Origin: Bugula neritina
Lineage: Eukaryota > Animalia > Bryozoa
Direction of reading: 5' to 3'
Assembly: GCA_964035545.1 (NCBI GenBank)
Contig: OZ037766.1
Location: 6,376,722 to 6,440,721 of the forward strand
Length of the DNA: 64,000 nt
The position numbers and the translations under genes were made by a program. This document shows positions 46,414-59,100 of this stretch, in pieces. Under the pieces are notes generated by a model. It made no database searches and was not told the DNA's origin. It saw nothing but the letters and a program-made list of their open reading frames with translations. Positions within the stretch are counted from its first letter, which is position 1. Each line of letters begins with the position of its first letter.

Positions 46414-46423
46414 GTCATGTGAC
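46414..46423. promoter_or_regulatory. CLEAR/M-box element GTCATGTGAC (MiT/TFE, TFEB/MITF site)
   Basis: One mismatch from the CLEAR palindrome GTCACGTGAC and contains the M-box TCATGTG; 145 nt upstream of the ATP6V0B ATG. Confidence 0.65.
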
Positions 46424-47766
46424 AAGTAGTAGGAAACACCCAAATTCATTCAATCGAAATTTACTGGTTAACGATGGGACATAGTATCGTATTGTAAGAA
46501 TCTAATAATAAAGACTCTAAGAACTTTGCAAAATTAGGATTATTGCTGTTGTAATCGCTAAAATACAAGTTGCTATAGTAAATCTTATTCGCCAAATATG
46601 TTATAGTCCCTTTCTTCACATAATGTTTTTCTACGGAAAGGGTTGCAAACAAACCCAAAATATAATTAAGTGGGGCTATTAAACAAATTAAGCGGGTTAT
46701 TTTGAGCGATTTTTAGTCTGTAAAGTGTAAAATGTCATCACTATGTCCTTAATAACATATTATGTTGCCAAAGAGTCTTACAGCTACAGATATAATCAGT
46801 TTCTAATATTAGCAGGTCGTGAATTGTGGTTATTGACTTAGAAATGTAGCTACTTTCTTTACAGTCACCTTATGGCTTACACGTACATTTTGAGTTAGTG
46901 TAACACTAACTGTAAGACTAAGTGTAAGTGTTACTCCATCACTTTCACTTTGACTCTCGGTTTCACTCAGACTTTGAGGTTGGCCTTGGGATGATTGTCT
47001 TTGGGTCCTTAGGCTTGGGCGTAGGATTGATTTACTTATAGTTATTGACTCCAACTTTTAGTTACCGGGTTGGCTGTCAATTGAACCAATGGCTATTACT
47101 TTTTTAGTTTTCAAGTCTAAAATTAGTAATAGTAGAACTAGATTTAATATTATTCATGCAAACAAGTTTGCTTGCAGTTGCATTGTAATTTCAACTTTCA
47201 AGTTCAACCTGCAATAGTGCAGTATTCAATAGTCAATATGAATATTGCTGATGTCACTAAACCGGGCTCTGGTACATCTGTACCTGCACTGATTTTAAAA
47301 ATAAAAGAAAAACTAAATGAATAAAATCAAGCTATCCATATCCGTAAATAAAGTTATCAATTATAGTGTTAATTAGCAATCAACAAGCCTTGTAAACTTT
47401 ACTGACCTTGTTTCATTTGGAATAACCGACAATAGTTGCGGCCTGTGAGTGTTTTCAATGCTAATTAGAAGGTTATTGTAATAATAATTAGCATAAATAA
47501 ACTTAGGCATAAGTGATGCTTTGTTCTTTGGTTTTATGTTACCAATACATATTATTAAAACTTATGTACATATTTTATGATTATTGAATCTAATTATTAT
47601 CAATAACTAGCTTTCATGCATCGCACATACAAGTTGAAAAACCTGCATTAAATTATTTTATACCACTAACTTAGGAGTTGTCTTATTGAAGCTAAAATGA
47701 AAATTTCTTTTTGTAATTGCAGTGGCTGTTACTAGTTTGAAAATACTGTCTGCTCAGTGTAGAGTC

Positions 47767-47863
47767 ATGGAGGAAGCTTTTATAGAAACAAATGAGGTTT
47801 TGTTAGTTGTCTGCTCTTTACTAATCCTAAGCATCATGAATTTATCTTCCAACAGTGCAGTAG
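47767..47863 (+). CDS. Alternative first coding exon (signal peptide) of the cadherin gene
   Basis: MEEAFIETNEVLLVVCSLLILSIMNLSSNSAV followed by a strong phase-1 donor AG|GTGAGT, compatible with the acceptor at 51889. Confidence 0.5.
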
Positions 47864-50150
47864 GTGAGTTTTATAAAATTCTCTTTATATTATCTTACAA
47901 AAACTTTACCATTCATTTTACATTATGTACTGCACTACCAGAAAGGTTTGTCCATTAACTTAACCAAGAGTTATCTTCTCTTTGAAAGACGGCTTTGAGC
48001 TTATAATAATATTTAAACATCATCATGATGTAGCATGATACATCAGTATTGAGTAAATTCATATCCTAACAAATGATTATTAAACGAGAATGTATAAAAT
48101 TACTATCTAGGCTATAACAAGTAGCGTTTAGCTCATCTGCCACTGTAGTGCCCATGAAGTATGGAATTAAGCTGATTGGGTGACAGGGTCAGTGGATATG
48201 ATAAGAAGGAAGATAAACACAAAATTATTTGCAATTCATTTAAAATATTTCCTATATTTTAAAAAATATCATTTTGTCAGCACATAGGTCATGGCCTAAT
48301 GCAACTCAAAATGAGATATTGCTAGCAGTCTACAAAATTTTCAAAGTTGTTTTAAAAATGAACATACAAGTGCATTGGTAATATTGTAGACAATGTGAAC
48401 GGAGATCTAGATCTATGAAAAACTCAAATATGTATTTATGTATAATTAATATTATGATTGTCTCATTTTAATTTAATGTAGCTGGAAATGTTTGATACTT
48501 GCTCGATTTCTTAGTGAATCATAATAAAGATAGTTTTATAAATATTTAGAGATCAGCTGTAAGGAGTCAAAATTATAGCAAACTATCACTATTTCTATAT
48601 GTTTAAACAATGCATTTGTGATTCACTGTCAGCATTCTTAGAAAAGCTTAGCTTTTCTGTTTAAGATGAGATTATGCTCAAAACACAAACAGTGAAGGTG
48701 GCTGAATGTACGAACATAAGCTGAGTGGATTATACCATGTACAGTATAATAATGCTAGAAATAGCATTGTTGAGTTTTATTTATTTAGTACATTATATCC
48801 TGGCCTACTAGTTACATTACGTGAGCACCTATTTGCTGTAGTAGTAAGTGAGGAGGAAGGACATGTACTAACTCACTATACCTGTTTAGCTAAAACAGGT
48901 TTGTATTATTAGTTTGGGAATATCTATTTAAATTTTTTATTAATAGTTAAAAAATTGTTGTAAAATTTTAAACTATTAAGTTGCTATTCAGTAACTTTTC
49001 ATTCCAATTTTCAGATACAAACTAATAAAGTAACTGTTGATACTTTCTATGTAGTATGATTCCCACAATAATCAGAAAATTCAAGATGTTATTGCAGATT
49101 TTATATCTTCCAACAATACTTTAAATAAACAAATTAGAACATCCATGGATATGCGGTTTTTATGAAAAGGTAGGGGAAATAGTAAAAATATTAATACACG
49201 ATGACCATAGCATTGCAGTTTATAATTATTGTTTTGTTAACTTGCTATATTGTATATCTGAATTATTCTTAATAACTGTGTCTTCACTTATAGAGCAAAC
49301 ATCAAAGATTATTGTTACATATTGCAATGCTATGTAATGTAAGGTTAGATTAGAAAAGCATGAAAAGGTAATTGTAGTAGAGGTGTAATGTTAATTTTCA
49401 CCTGTATACAATGCATTCATTTCTATAAGCAACATTGCTTCAATACACTTTTTGTCAAGCTTACAATGAAAGTAGACCAATTTGTTTATCTAGTTGGGTA
49501 AAAACAACTGCAATTGATTTTTGAACTGGGTCAAGCGCCAGTCTTAAAGTTCGGTTCATTTTATTAGCAAGTACATTATAAGGTGCTATAGTTTTGTAAG
49601 GAAAAAAACTTGCATTATAATTAGTAGCAAATTGTTTATAACAGCGATAAAATGCTTTTAAAGAATTGTCTGGTAATTCAGGTAAAATTATTTAAACTTT
49701 TACACTAAGATCATTTTAAATACACTTCTTTTTTCTGCTCATTTTGTCGTGAAAGTTAATAATAGCTTGAGTCAACTTATAGTGTCATCTAAATTTTAAA
49801 CAGAAAAACACACAGTTGGTCTCACAGCACAGTCATCGCATCTTTGGGATAACACTATGAACACTATTCATGCGTAAAATGTATGCATCTTTATGATTGT
49901 TTTGATCTGATATGTTGGGGGACGTATCAGTGATTACCTCATCTTATTCACCCATCTTGTCATTTGATGCACAGCGTGTTTTGGGGAGTATTTTTGTTGC
50001 TAACGGCACCTGCTAAGTAGATGACAGATCTGTGACATCATTTATCGAGATTTGTCTTAAGCAGAACATACATTGCACAGCTTCATAACTGTTCTGTTGA
50101 CTAATACTGCTTACAGATAAACAGCTGCTGTCTTTAAGAGTCTGGCAGCA

Positions 50151-53100
50151 ATGCTTTTCTACAGGCTGCTGCTGTTATCTACCCTTGGATCATTTGTATA
50201 TGCACAGCAAGGTAAGAACACTTATCCTCATTATTATGTAACTTAGAATTGTTCTGTTTTATTCATGCACTTATTACATAATTGGTGGATTTCCACCAAC
50301 AGGTAAATTTTTTACTGCTTGATAAATTTAGTTGAGATTGTAATTTTATCCTCAAATATTAACCTATTTTTTAATTGTAGCACTTTAAACCAAATTTTGC
50401 AGTGCCTATAAAAGTCTGATAGTTATAATATAGACTGCATTTATTAAAGAAAAATTCACATATAATTACATAAAATATTAGTAATATATTGTATATTACA
50501 CTCCACATATACAGTGTACTATTGTAAAAAGTTTAGTAATGAATAACCTGGTTTGTATTCAATTGGATCCAGTCAACGTCTGCGTTCTTAAAGCATGGTC
50601 TATGCTTCAATGTACATTATGAAAAAGTTTTTTGCTGGTTACAATTTTTTGATATTTTTAGAAAATTTGAAGTGCCCTAAATCTAATAACCCTAGTTTTT
50701 GAAAAGAGATATTCTACCAACTTGTCAAAACTTTATTATTGAAATATATCTAACACACTGATAGGATACTACTTCTCCCATATCATAGAATTTTTTCTGT
50801 GCCCACTGCCCACGTCTTTATACTAAATAGATTTTATAAATAGGTATGAAAAGCTCCTGCTATCAGAATTCATCTAGATAGTTTAGCCTACTAAATATTT
50901 TCCATTGCTGCAGCTAAATGTAGTAAGATAGACTTGCAAAACCCGTAACAAATATTTGCCGGTTTCATTATTTGCTGCTTGGTAGAAACAAATTGAAAAC
51001 ATCAATGAAATAAACAAATCATTGTGAACCAAGTTGTTTTCAACCACATAGTTACTTGAATTATATTCAAATTTACTTTGAAAGGATTGAATTATTGAGG
51101 AAACCACTCACACTCAGGATTTATGTTGTACTTCTATTCCAATGTGCTAACAAATAACTCGAGCTAGCATTATTTTAGAACTGATACCCTACTTCAACAA
51201 GGTTAACCCATGTTGTTCATAATATATCCTTTCTTTGGTCTATGTGTCCCATGATCCCCTGTACAATACAGGAATTTGTATAAGTGCTGTGTATTTTCAA
51301 CAACGAATTTTGTAAAAAGTTCTACTTATCGGCATGAATGATATAATTGTGGCCAGTCCAATTGTGAATAGATGTGCACATACTACAATACAGTGTATAG
51401 TCTTGTCTATGCACATACTGTATATGCTCTGTAGAGTATATTACTCTATACATACTCTATAGTATAAGTTCTTAGTGTCTTTGGTGTAGTTTTCTCATGG
51501 ACCGTGCCCAGGTTTCTCAGCTATAAAAGATACAATCTCTCTGTACATGTGGTTATATGTAAAAGTATATATATTATATATTATGCTCATATACATTCTC
51601 ATGTGTTATGTGCACATACCACTGTACACACAACACATACATTCACATCTCTGATATTTGAGTTGATTATACATCTTATAATCTGTGTGTACTGACCCCT
51701 CAAAGCCCACTCTATTCTGGATCATATATCTAGCATAAGAGTTGCTACCCTAGCTTGTCCTTGCTTATGCTACCCCCTCATATCCTGTATTGTACCTATA
51801 GCATGCAATTGTTTAAGTTTTATTCAATATATTACCTGTATTTTCAACTCTGTATTGTTTATGCAAGTAATGATGTTGTTTTCTGTAGCATGTACTAAAA
51901 CTAACTCAGATGGCAATACTAATCTAGACGTGTCAATTGATGAAGCCACAGCGGCAGGTAAGTTCAGGGGAGATAATTCTTATAAACTGAAGCTACACAC
52001 TCTCAACCTCTTAGTTTAAAGAGGTCGAAACATGTTCTGTTTAGACATCGAAACCAGTTGTATTTTGGGTTATCAGAAATTTAAAGCAAGCCGTTGAAAA
52101 TGAAATTATTGAAAATTGCATTAATGCTCATGGCTTCCAAACTTGTAGTATTATAATAAAAAAACTCACGCAAGTTTATAGTCGCCAGCTCTGTGAGAAA
52201 ACCTGATAGAAAGGGTTTTTTGCTAATTCAGGCTGAGGACTTATTCAGATGGGGCACAGAAGCAATTATAACTGAATGCTCTTCCTAGCATCACCAATGG
52301 CCTTTGTCAAGGTTCGAACCCATGACTTCGTGCTTACTAAGCAAATGCTCTAGCCCCTAAACCAGGGCTGCTTCCTTGTAATACCATAATATGGGCAGTT
52401 ATATATCTTGTGTTTAGCTATGAATAAAAACTTGTTTTACAGATTTGTTACAATCTCCATCTTTGTACACTGATGCTCTCGGACTGAATGGTGTCATAAG
52501 TGAGAGCAGTAGCGTGGCCAATAGGATGACGATAGAGCTGCAGCAGAACCCAGCTGACGAGTCCAACATCAACCCTAATGACTACTTTAAGGTTGTCCAG
52601 TCAACCAGTAACCAGGCCAGCATACAGATGATCAAAGAGATTGACTTTGATGTGAGTTTACACTTAGGCTGTTGCTGTTGAAACCATTTATTTCTAATTA
52701 CTGAGCTATTCTAAAAACCTTCGGCCATCTTTGTTTCTAAGTCATGCTTAAGATCTACCAATTCTAACCAACTTTTTTTTACTACGCTATGTAATTATAT
52801 TCTGCAGCATATGATGACAAAACATTCAAGAATTATATTAAGGTATCGTTTAACCTGACATATTATACATAATGCATTAACAATAAGACACTATGTCGTA
52901 GAACTTAACTTTATGTTTGGTATGCAGTTCAATGAAGCTTAAATTACCTAATAATATAAGAAAAATTGTTTTGAAGCCTTTGAACCTGTAGAAATGGAGA
53001 GATTGTTGTCAAATTGACAGAAAATTGAGAAAAATGCTCCGCAAGAGGATTTTTGTGAATAAAAAGATTATCATGTAGAACCCCATTACCTGATAACAGA

Positions 53101-56100
53101 CGAATTACTTTTTTACTATGCTGGACCCTGAAAAGAAATAAACAGCTTGGGAGCAGTTTAACATATGGCTGGGATTTGTTTTCATTACTCAGTTGTAGTC
53201 CATTGATGACACCAGTCATTAACAAATAATGCTTTTATAATTTGTTGCTAAAGTTTATTGATGTGTCTAGCAATATCCGATTGATTTGAAACTATTGATG
53301 GAAACTTACAAAATTGCCATGGCAACTCACCAGTTGCTGGGGTATTAGAGTTAAAGAGTGAAAAGTAGGTGGAGAGATGAGTGATGATAAACACGTTATA
53401 TGAACAGATTAAATTTTTACACATTCCCAACATGTGATTAGATGATGGGGGAAGAGTGTATGTTTTATTACGCACCAATTGGTTACCAGGCAACCCAAAG
53501 TTGTCAGTAGGTATTCTTTTTTTCTTATCAGATATACCGTATATTACCGTTTTTTAGGTGATATTCTTTGCTTTTATTGGGTAACAGTCTAAGCAATATT
53601 GTTTTAGAATGACATAGCAAACTTATATTCTAAAATTTTTGTTCAGCCTGACCATAGCATAAAGTGTTATGATTGTTCATTAGAGTTTTATAATAATTAT
53701 TGAAACTCATGCAGACAATAATTTGGGTATTTATTGTAGCTGGGTGAATAACAGCTTGTAATATTATGTTCCTAGCTTCCTCCTTAGACAAAAGAAACTT
53801 GCAAACATTTATAATAAAAAATAATAAGTACCACTCATTTGTAATAAGAGTTGTGTAATTTCCTAACCACAGCAATGCATTATGTAGTTTGCAAGCTTGC
53901 TAATTCTTAGGCATAGCAAAATAAAAATATAGATACTAAATTATGACATTAAAAATAGTAAAAAAACTATTGGAAACCTTTTTGACTAGAACTATATATT
54001 TCAGTGCATTTAAAGTTTTACAAAAAGTTGCTTGTTTCCCATTGATATCTACATTCATACAAAAAGTTGTGCCTAAAATTTGATTATTTATCTAAAGTAT
54101 ATTCATATTGTGCTCTTTATTAAAATAAAATAGTTCAAAGATAGTTAAGTTCCACATATCTTATTGTATCTCATGATTACAAAGGCTCCATGCACCCCCC
54201 CCACCCCAGTGTTTACAAAGTCTGTTGTTTTACAGCCTGCTGCCAACCCAGTCTTCAATGACCCTGTTCTGAGAGACACTGCCTCTATATCCATCACTCT
54301 GAACTGTTTTCCAGCACAAGGCGCTGCTGTAAGTAGTGCTTCACCTGCTCATTCTTATAACTTTGCATATTACAGTTAGAAAAGTTGGATTTTCATCCTG
54401 CAAGGACTATTTGAATTCTGTGGTTCACAAATTTAGCATTTACTTTGCCTATTGTAAAGCACCACCTTGGTGCCTAATCACCCGCAATATAGAATAAAAA
54501 TGTATTATTTACTCTACCATCAGTCCAACTCTTGTGAAATGGGAAGGCTGCGAAGTAAGCTTAATACTTCTGTTTCAATAGAGTCTTCATTAGATCTCTA
54601 TAATCAAATTGATACTTACAGTACATATGTACCATAAATAGCACTGTACATAACCCTTTCATGCGCAATGTCCACAGATATGGCCATTACTTATATAGTG
54701 CCAAGTGACTAAAAAAAGTTCATGCATGAAAGGAATATGAACATATATGTACATATGTTCGTGGTATTTTTAGATCGCTGTTTATAAACTCAGTATAAAT
54801 TACTAAAAATGCATTTGTTTGAGTGGTTTATTTTTGGATAACATTGATTTATAAAACATAAGTTTTAAAATTTTAACCAGTCTTTAAATTTTAAAACTAT
54901 GATGATTACTATTCTAGACTTGCTGTGTTTTTTTATCTAGAGGACATTTGCACTCACCGTGTACATAAACGATGTGAATGACAACGCTCCAGTGTTCAGT
55001 CAGTCCTCCTACGCCTTCAGCATTGCCGAATCTACTCCAGTGAATATGAACGTGTGGGAACCACTCGGCCCCAAAGTCACCGACTTGGATAAAAATGAGA
55101 ACAGCCACATATTCTTCAGCGTCATTCCTGATGACGTCACTGGAGCGGTAAAAACTACTTTCAACTTGACGCAAATATGTTTTAGAGATTCAATCTTGTT
55201 CATTTCTTGATAGTGAGGTCTACTTCTTGTAGCATGAGAAGTTTGGTATTTCTGTAATTCGAACTGGAGAGCTCAAGTTGATTCAACAGCTTGATTATGA
55301 GAGCCTTCCGGCTGACAGGAAGTACTATGACTTGAAGATTTTGGTCAGAGTAAGTACATCACTTCCTCTTACGAATTTCCTCGTAAAATTTGACCTTAGA
55401 TTATCCGGGTGGTGGCTCCTTGTTATTCTGCACTGTTCTCCTTTAGGATGATGCAAGAGGTGACCAGAGACAGTTATCTGCAACAACCACAGTAAGGATC
55501 ACAGTGCTGGACTCTGATGACCTACCTCCAAGGTTTATATACTCGGGTTGTACTCCAGTTGTGAATGGAGTGTGTTTAAACCCACAGTATACAGCCACTG
55601 TCACCATGGGCGAGACGGGAAGTCTAGCTGTGCTGCCCGCACCGATCAATGCCGTAGACGGTGATGTTACTCTAAACTATCCTATCGGGTAAAGCATTGC
55701 AGTTGCCTTCAAGTATACAGTTTGTCAAATGTGAAATACTTGTATTCTAACCATACTAGATATTTCTAATGTATGCATTATAACAACTGTTTTAGATACT
55801 CAATAGTAGCAGGGAGTCCTGATGACTATGCTAGTATATTTGACATAAACTCTGCTACTGGAGCGGTTATGGTCAAGACTGCTATTACTAACTCTAGCAT
55901 CAGAGAGTATGATCTTACTATACAGGTATACTATACAGTACTTGAAGATGATATTATTATCTTTACGGGCTAGTAATTTTAATTAAATATAAATACACGA
56001 GAAGCATTAGTTTACTTTGATAGATAAAAAAATGTTCCTCATGTCTTAATTTTTAAATAATATTACTTTGTTTTAGATTTAAAAATAAATAAGTTTTTTA

Positions 56101-59100
56101 TCTAAATTTGGACAAATTTATTTACAATGCGACTTCACTTTTAATATTGATCATAATTAGGCAAAAGAACAACAAGGTCAAGGATATTACGAGACGGCTA
56201 CACTTACTGTGATGATTGAACCCCCATCTACTAGCCTGCCTCAGATTAGCTTTAGCTCTGGCAATAGCGGAGGGGCAGTGTATGAGGGTTCTCCGACCGG
56301 AACACTTGTAAAGAATGAGGACAATCTCGCAGAGCCTGTTCGAGTTATCGTCACAGATGCTGATTTGGTAAGGAAAGGAGAAAATCAGTTTATTGCTAGA
56401 AGAAAAAATCCAACAGTGTTTGCAACATTCTAATCATTTAAAGTGTACAGAATAGAAGGAATATAAATTTTGACATTTATTTATAGTAATTGTACAGTTA
56501 TATTTGCTTTATAATGAAACAGTTACATATAATGTGCTATACAACTTCAACTACAGTAAGGTTATGTTTTAATGAAAGAGTTACATATAGTGCGTTATAT
56601 ATAACTTGTAAAGGTTTTATTTTAGTGATATAATTACATATAGTATGTTATTTAACTTCAACTTGTATATATTAAGGGGCCCAGTGATGCTGTCCCCAAG
56701 TACGTCTACCAAACCAGTGAGCCGAGTATATTCTCGGTAACTGCTGATGGATATATCAGTTTAGTGAAATCCGACTTGGACTACGAGAACACACAGCATC
56801 AGACCTTCAATGTTCAGATCACTGTTAGAGAAGCAAATAATCCTAGTCAGTCAGTCACCGCTGTGATCTCTATACAAGTTCTAGATGTCAATGACAATTC
56901 TCCCGTGTTTGAGAGATCAAGTTACCAAGCCTCTCTAGACCCGGGATCTGCCGCTCGCACTGTTGTCACAGTAAGTGCTTCAACTGGGTATGATTTCAGA
57001 AACATCTCTTTTAAACTCTCAGAAGAGGCGACATGATACTTTCTTTTAGATTTACTCAGACGACAATCTCTACTATTAGGAGGTAGGTGCAGTAATAAAG
57101 AAATTGAGAAAAGCCTGTGTTCTAGATTAAAAATGTAGCAAAAGAAGTTATGTTCTCACAAGAATTTCAACCCTCGCCCCAAACCAAAATTTATAAAGAA
57201 ATTTAAAGAACCTAGGCTATCTCAATTTCGTCACTACTGCTCCTAAATGTATTAGTATATTGGAAATTTTTGGTAGTAATACCACACCATGTTCTAATAT
57301 AGTCTAATGGCTTTCCGTCATGTATATTTTCTAGGTCAATGCTACAGACGCCGACTCGTTGCTCTTTGGTGAAGTGAGGTATGAAATCCTGTCTGTCACT
57401 GGAGGTAGTAAAGAAAAGTTTACTATTGGCAGCATCAGCGGGGAAGTTAGGACAGCAGGCAGTATTGCTGCCACAGAGAACTATATAATAATTGTCCAGG
57501 CCTGTGACAGAGCACCTGTCAGTAGTCGCAGGTGAGTTAGTGTGTCTAAAAACTACTCTGATCTACAAGAAGATCTCAGAATTTCTCCTGCGCTACATTC
57601 ATAAAATATGTTTATACCACATTAAAAAGAGATTTGTCTCCAAGACCCATGACTATAAGAAATGTGTAACCAGGTATCTGTAATGCTCCTTTTCAACATG
57701 TTAATGCAGGTGCTCGTCAGTGCCCATTACACTGTCAGTGACCGGTGTCAATGTTACTGGCCCAGCTGTCTACTTCGACACAACTAGCTATAACCTGGTG
57801 GTCTCAGAAGCTGTCCCTATCGACTACTTAGCAGAGCTGATTCAGGTAAAGTATTCTATATAACTATTAATAACTATGAGTAAAAAAACTTTAGTTAACC
57901 AATTTAATTTGCAACAGCAACATTAATTTGTTTGCATTTTCTGGAAGAGTATTTCAATGTTTAAATAGTGTGTAGAATGTTCTTGGCATATTTTAGGCTC
58001 AAAGCTCAACTGGACGTGTTCTGACTTACAACATCGTCGAGGGTAACACAGGCTCGTCATGGAATCTCGGGACCAACAGCAGGGAGCTGAGGACTGCCAG
58101 ACTACTAGATAGGGAGGATGTGGACACGTATCGACTTAATATCACAGCTACTGATGATGTTGGCAATGTAAGTTATACCACTCACTCTCTTTCTACTCTC
58201 TTTCTACTCACAGTAACACAAATATTAGCAAGTGTAAGAAGATGGGTTTTCAATTGAGGCAATTAGCATACCATTATCATGGCAACATATAGTATTGCAC
58301 TGTGTGTTATTTGATGTATCAGGTTGTCCAGTGAGTCATTATATAACCAGTGCACTCAAACATTCTACTCCTGTGTATTGTATAACATTTTATAATATCT
58401 TATAATATAAAATCATTTCAGTCTCTTTGTGACTAGGATATGTAGTAAGGTGACTTGCCACATTATCTTTTTTAAGATGATGGCTTAAGCACAGTTACAT
58501 GTCACATAATGTGGATTATTGAAGTTTTGAATATATTATATAGTGTATTATATATTTTATATTATATTATACATGTATCCAGTATTATGTAATAGTTTAC
58601 TTTGGCCATAACTCATGGGAACCAGCATAAGATGGACAGTTTTAGACATTTTTTCTGGTGATAATTGGTGGCCTCTAAGCAGCAGATGGTAGCGTGGCCG
58701 AGCGGTCTAAGGCGCTGGTTTAAGGCACCAGTCTCTTCGGAGGCGTGGGTTCGAATCCCACCGCTGCCAAAATTTTTTCACGTTTTTTTACAGATGTATC
58801 AACAGTGTAGTTAAACATTTTTTTCCAGTATCGTGTATTGCATAATAGTTTACTTTGGCAATGTATATATACACTGAGCACATACTAGTCCTGAGAACCA
58901 GCATAATGTCAACAGTTGGGATATTTTGTGTGATGTTATTTGGGAGCAACTTTGAACTATATGGTAGCGTGGCCGAGCGGTCTAAGGCGCTGGTTTAAGG
59001 CACCAGTCTCTTCGGAGGCGTGGGTTCGAATCCCACCGCTGCCAAAATCTTTTGGTATAATTTGCTATAATTCGAAAACATGAGAAAGTTTTGTCAGCAG

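Noticed and set aside
46830-47054. ORF with SESESD/TLTLSLTVSV repeats between ATP6V0B and the cadherin
   Set aside because: Low-complexity hexamer-periodic DNA, non-ATG start, no recognisable domain.
52808-52842. Possible 35-nt micro-exon in the cadherin (CAG|...AAG|GTATCG)
   Set aside because: Length is not a multiple of 3 between two phase-0 junctions, so it would frameshift; no support without transcripts.
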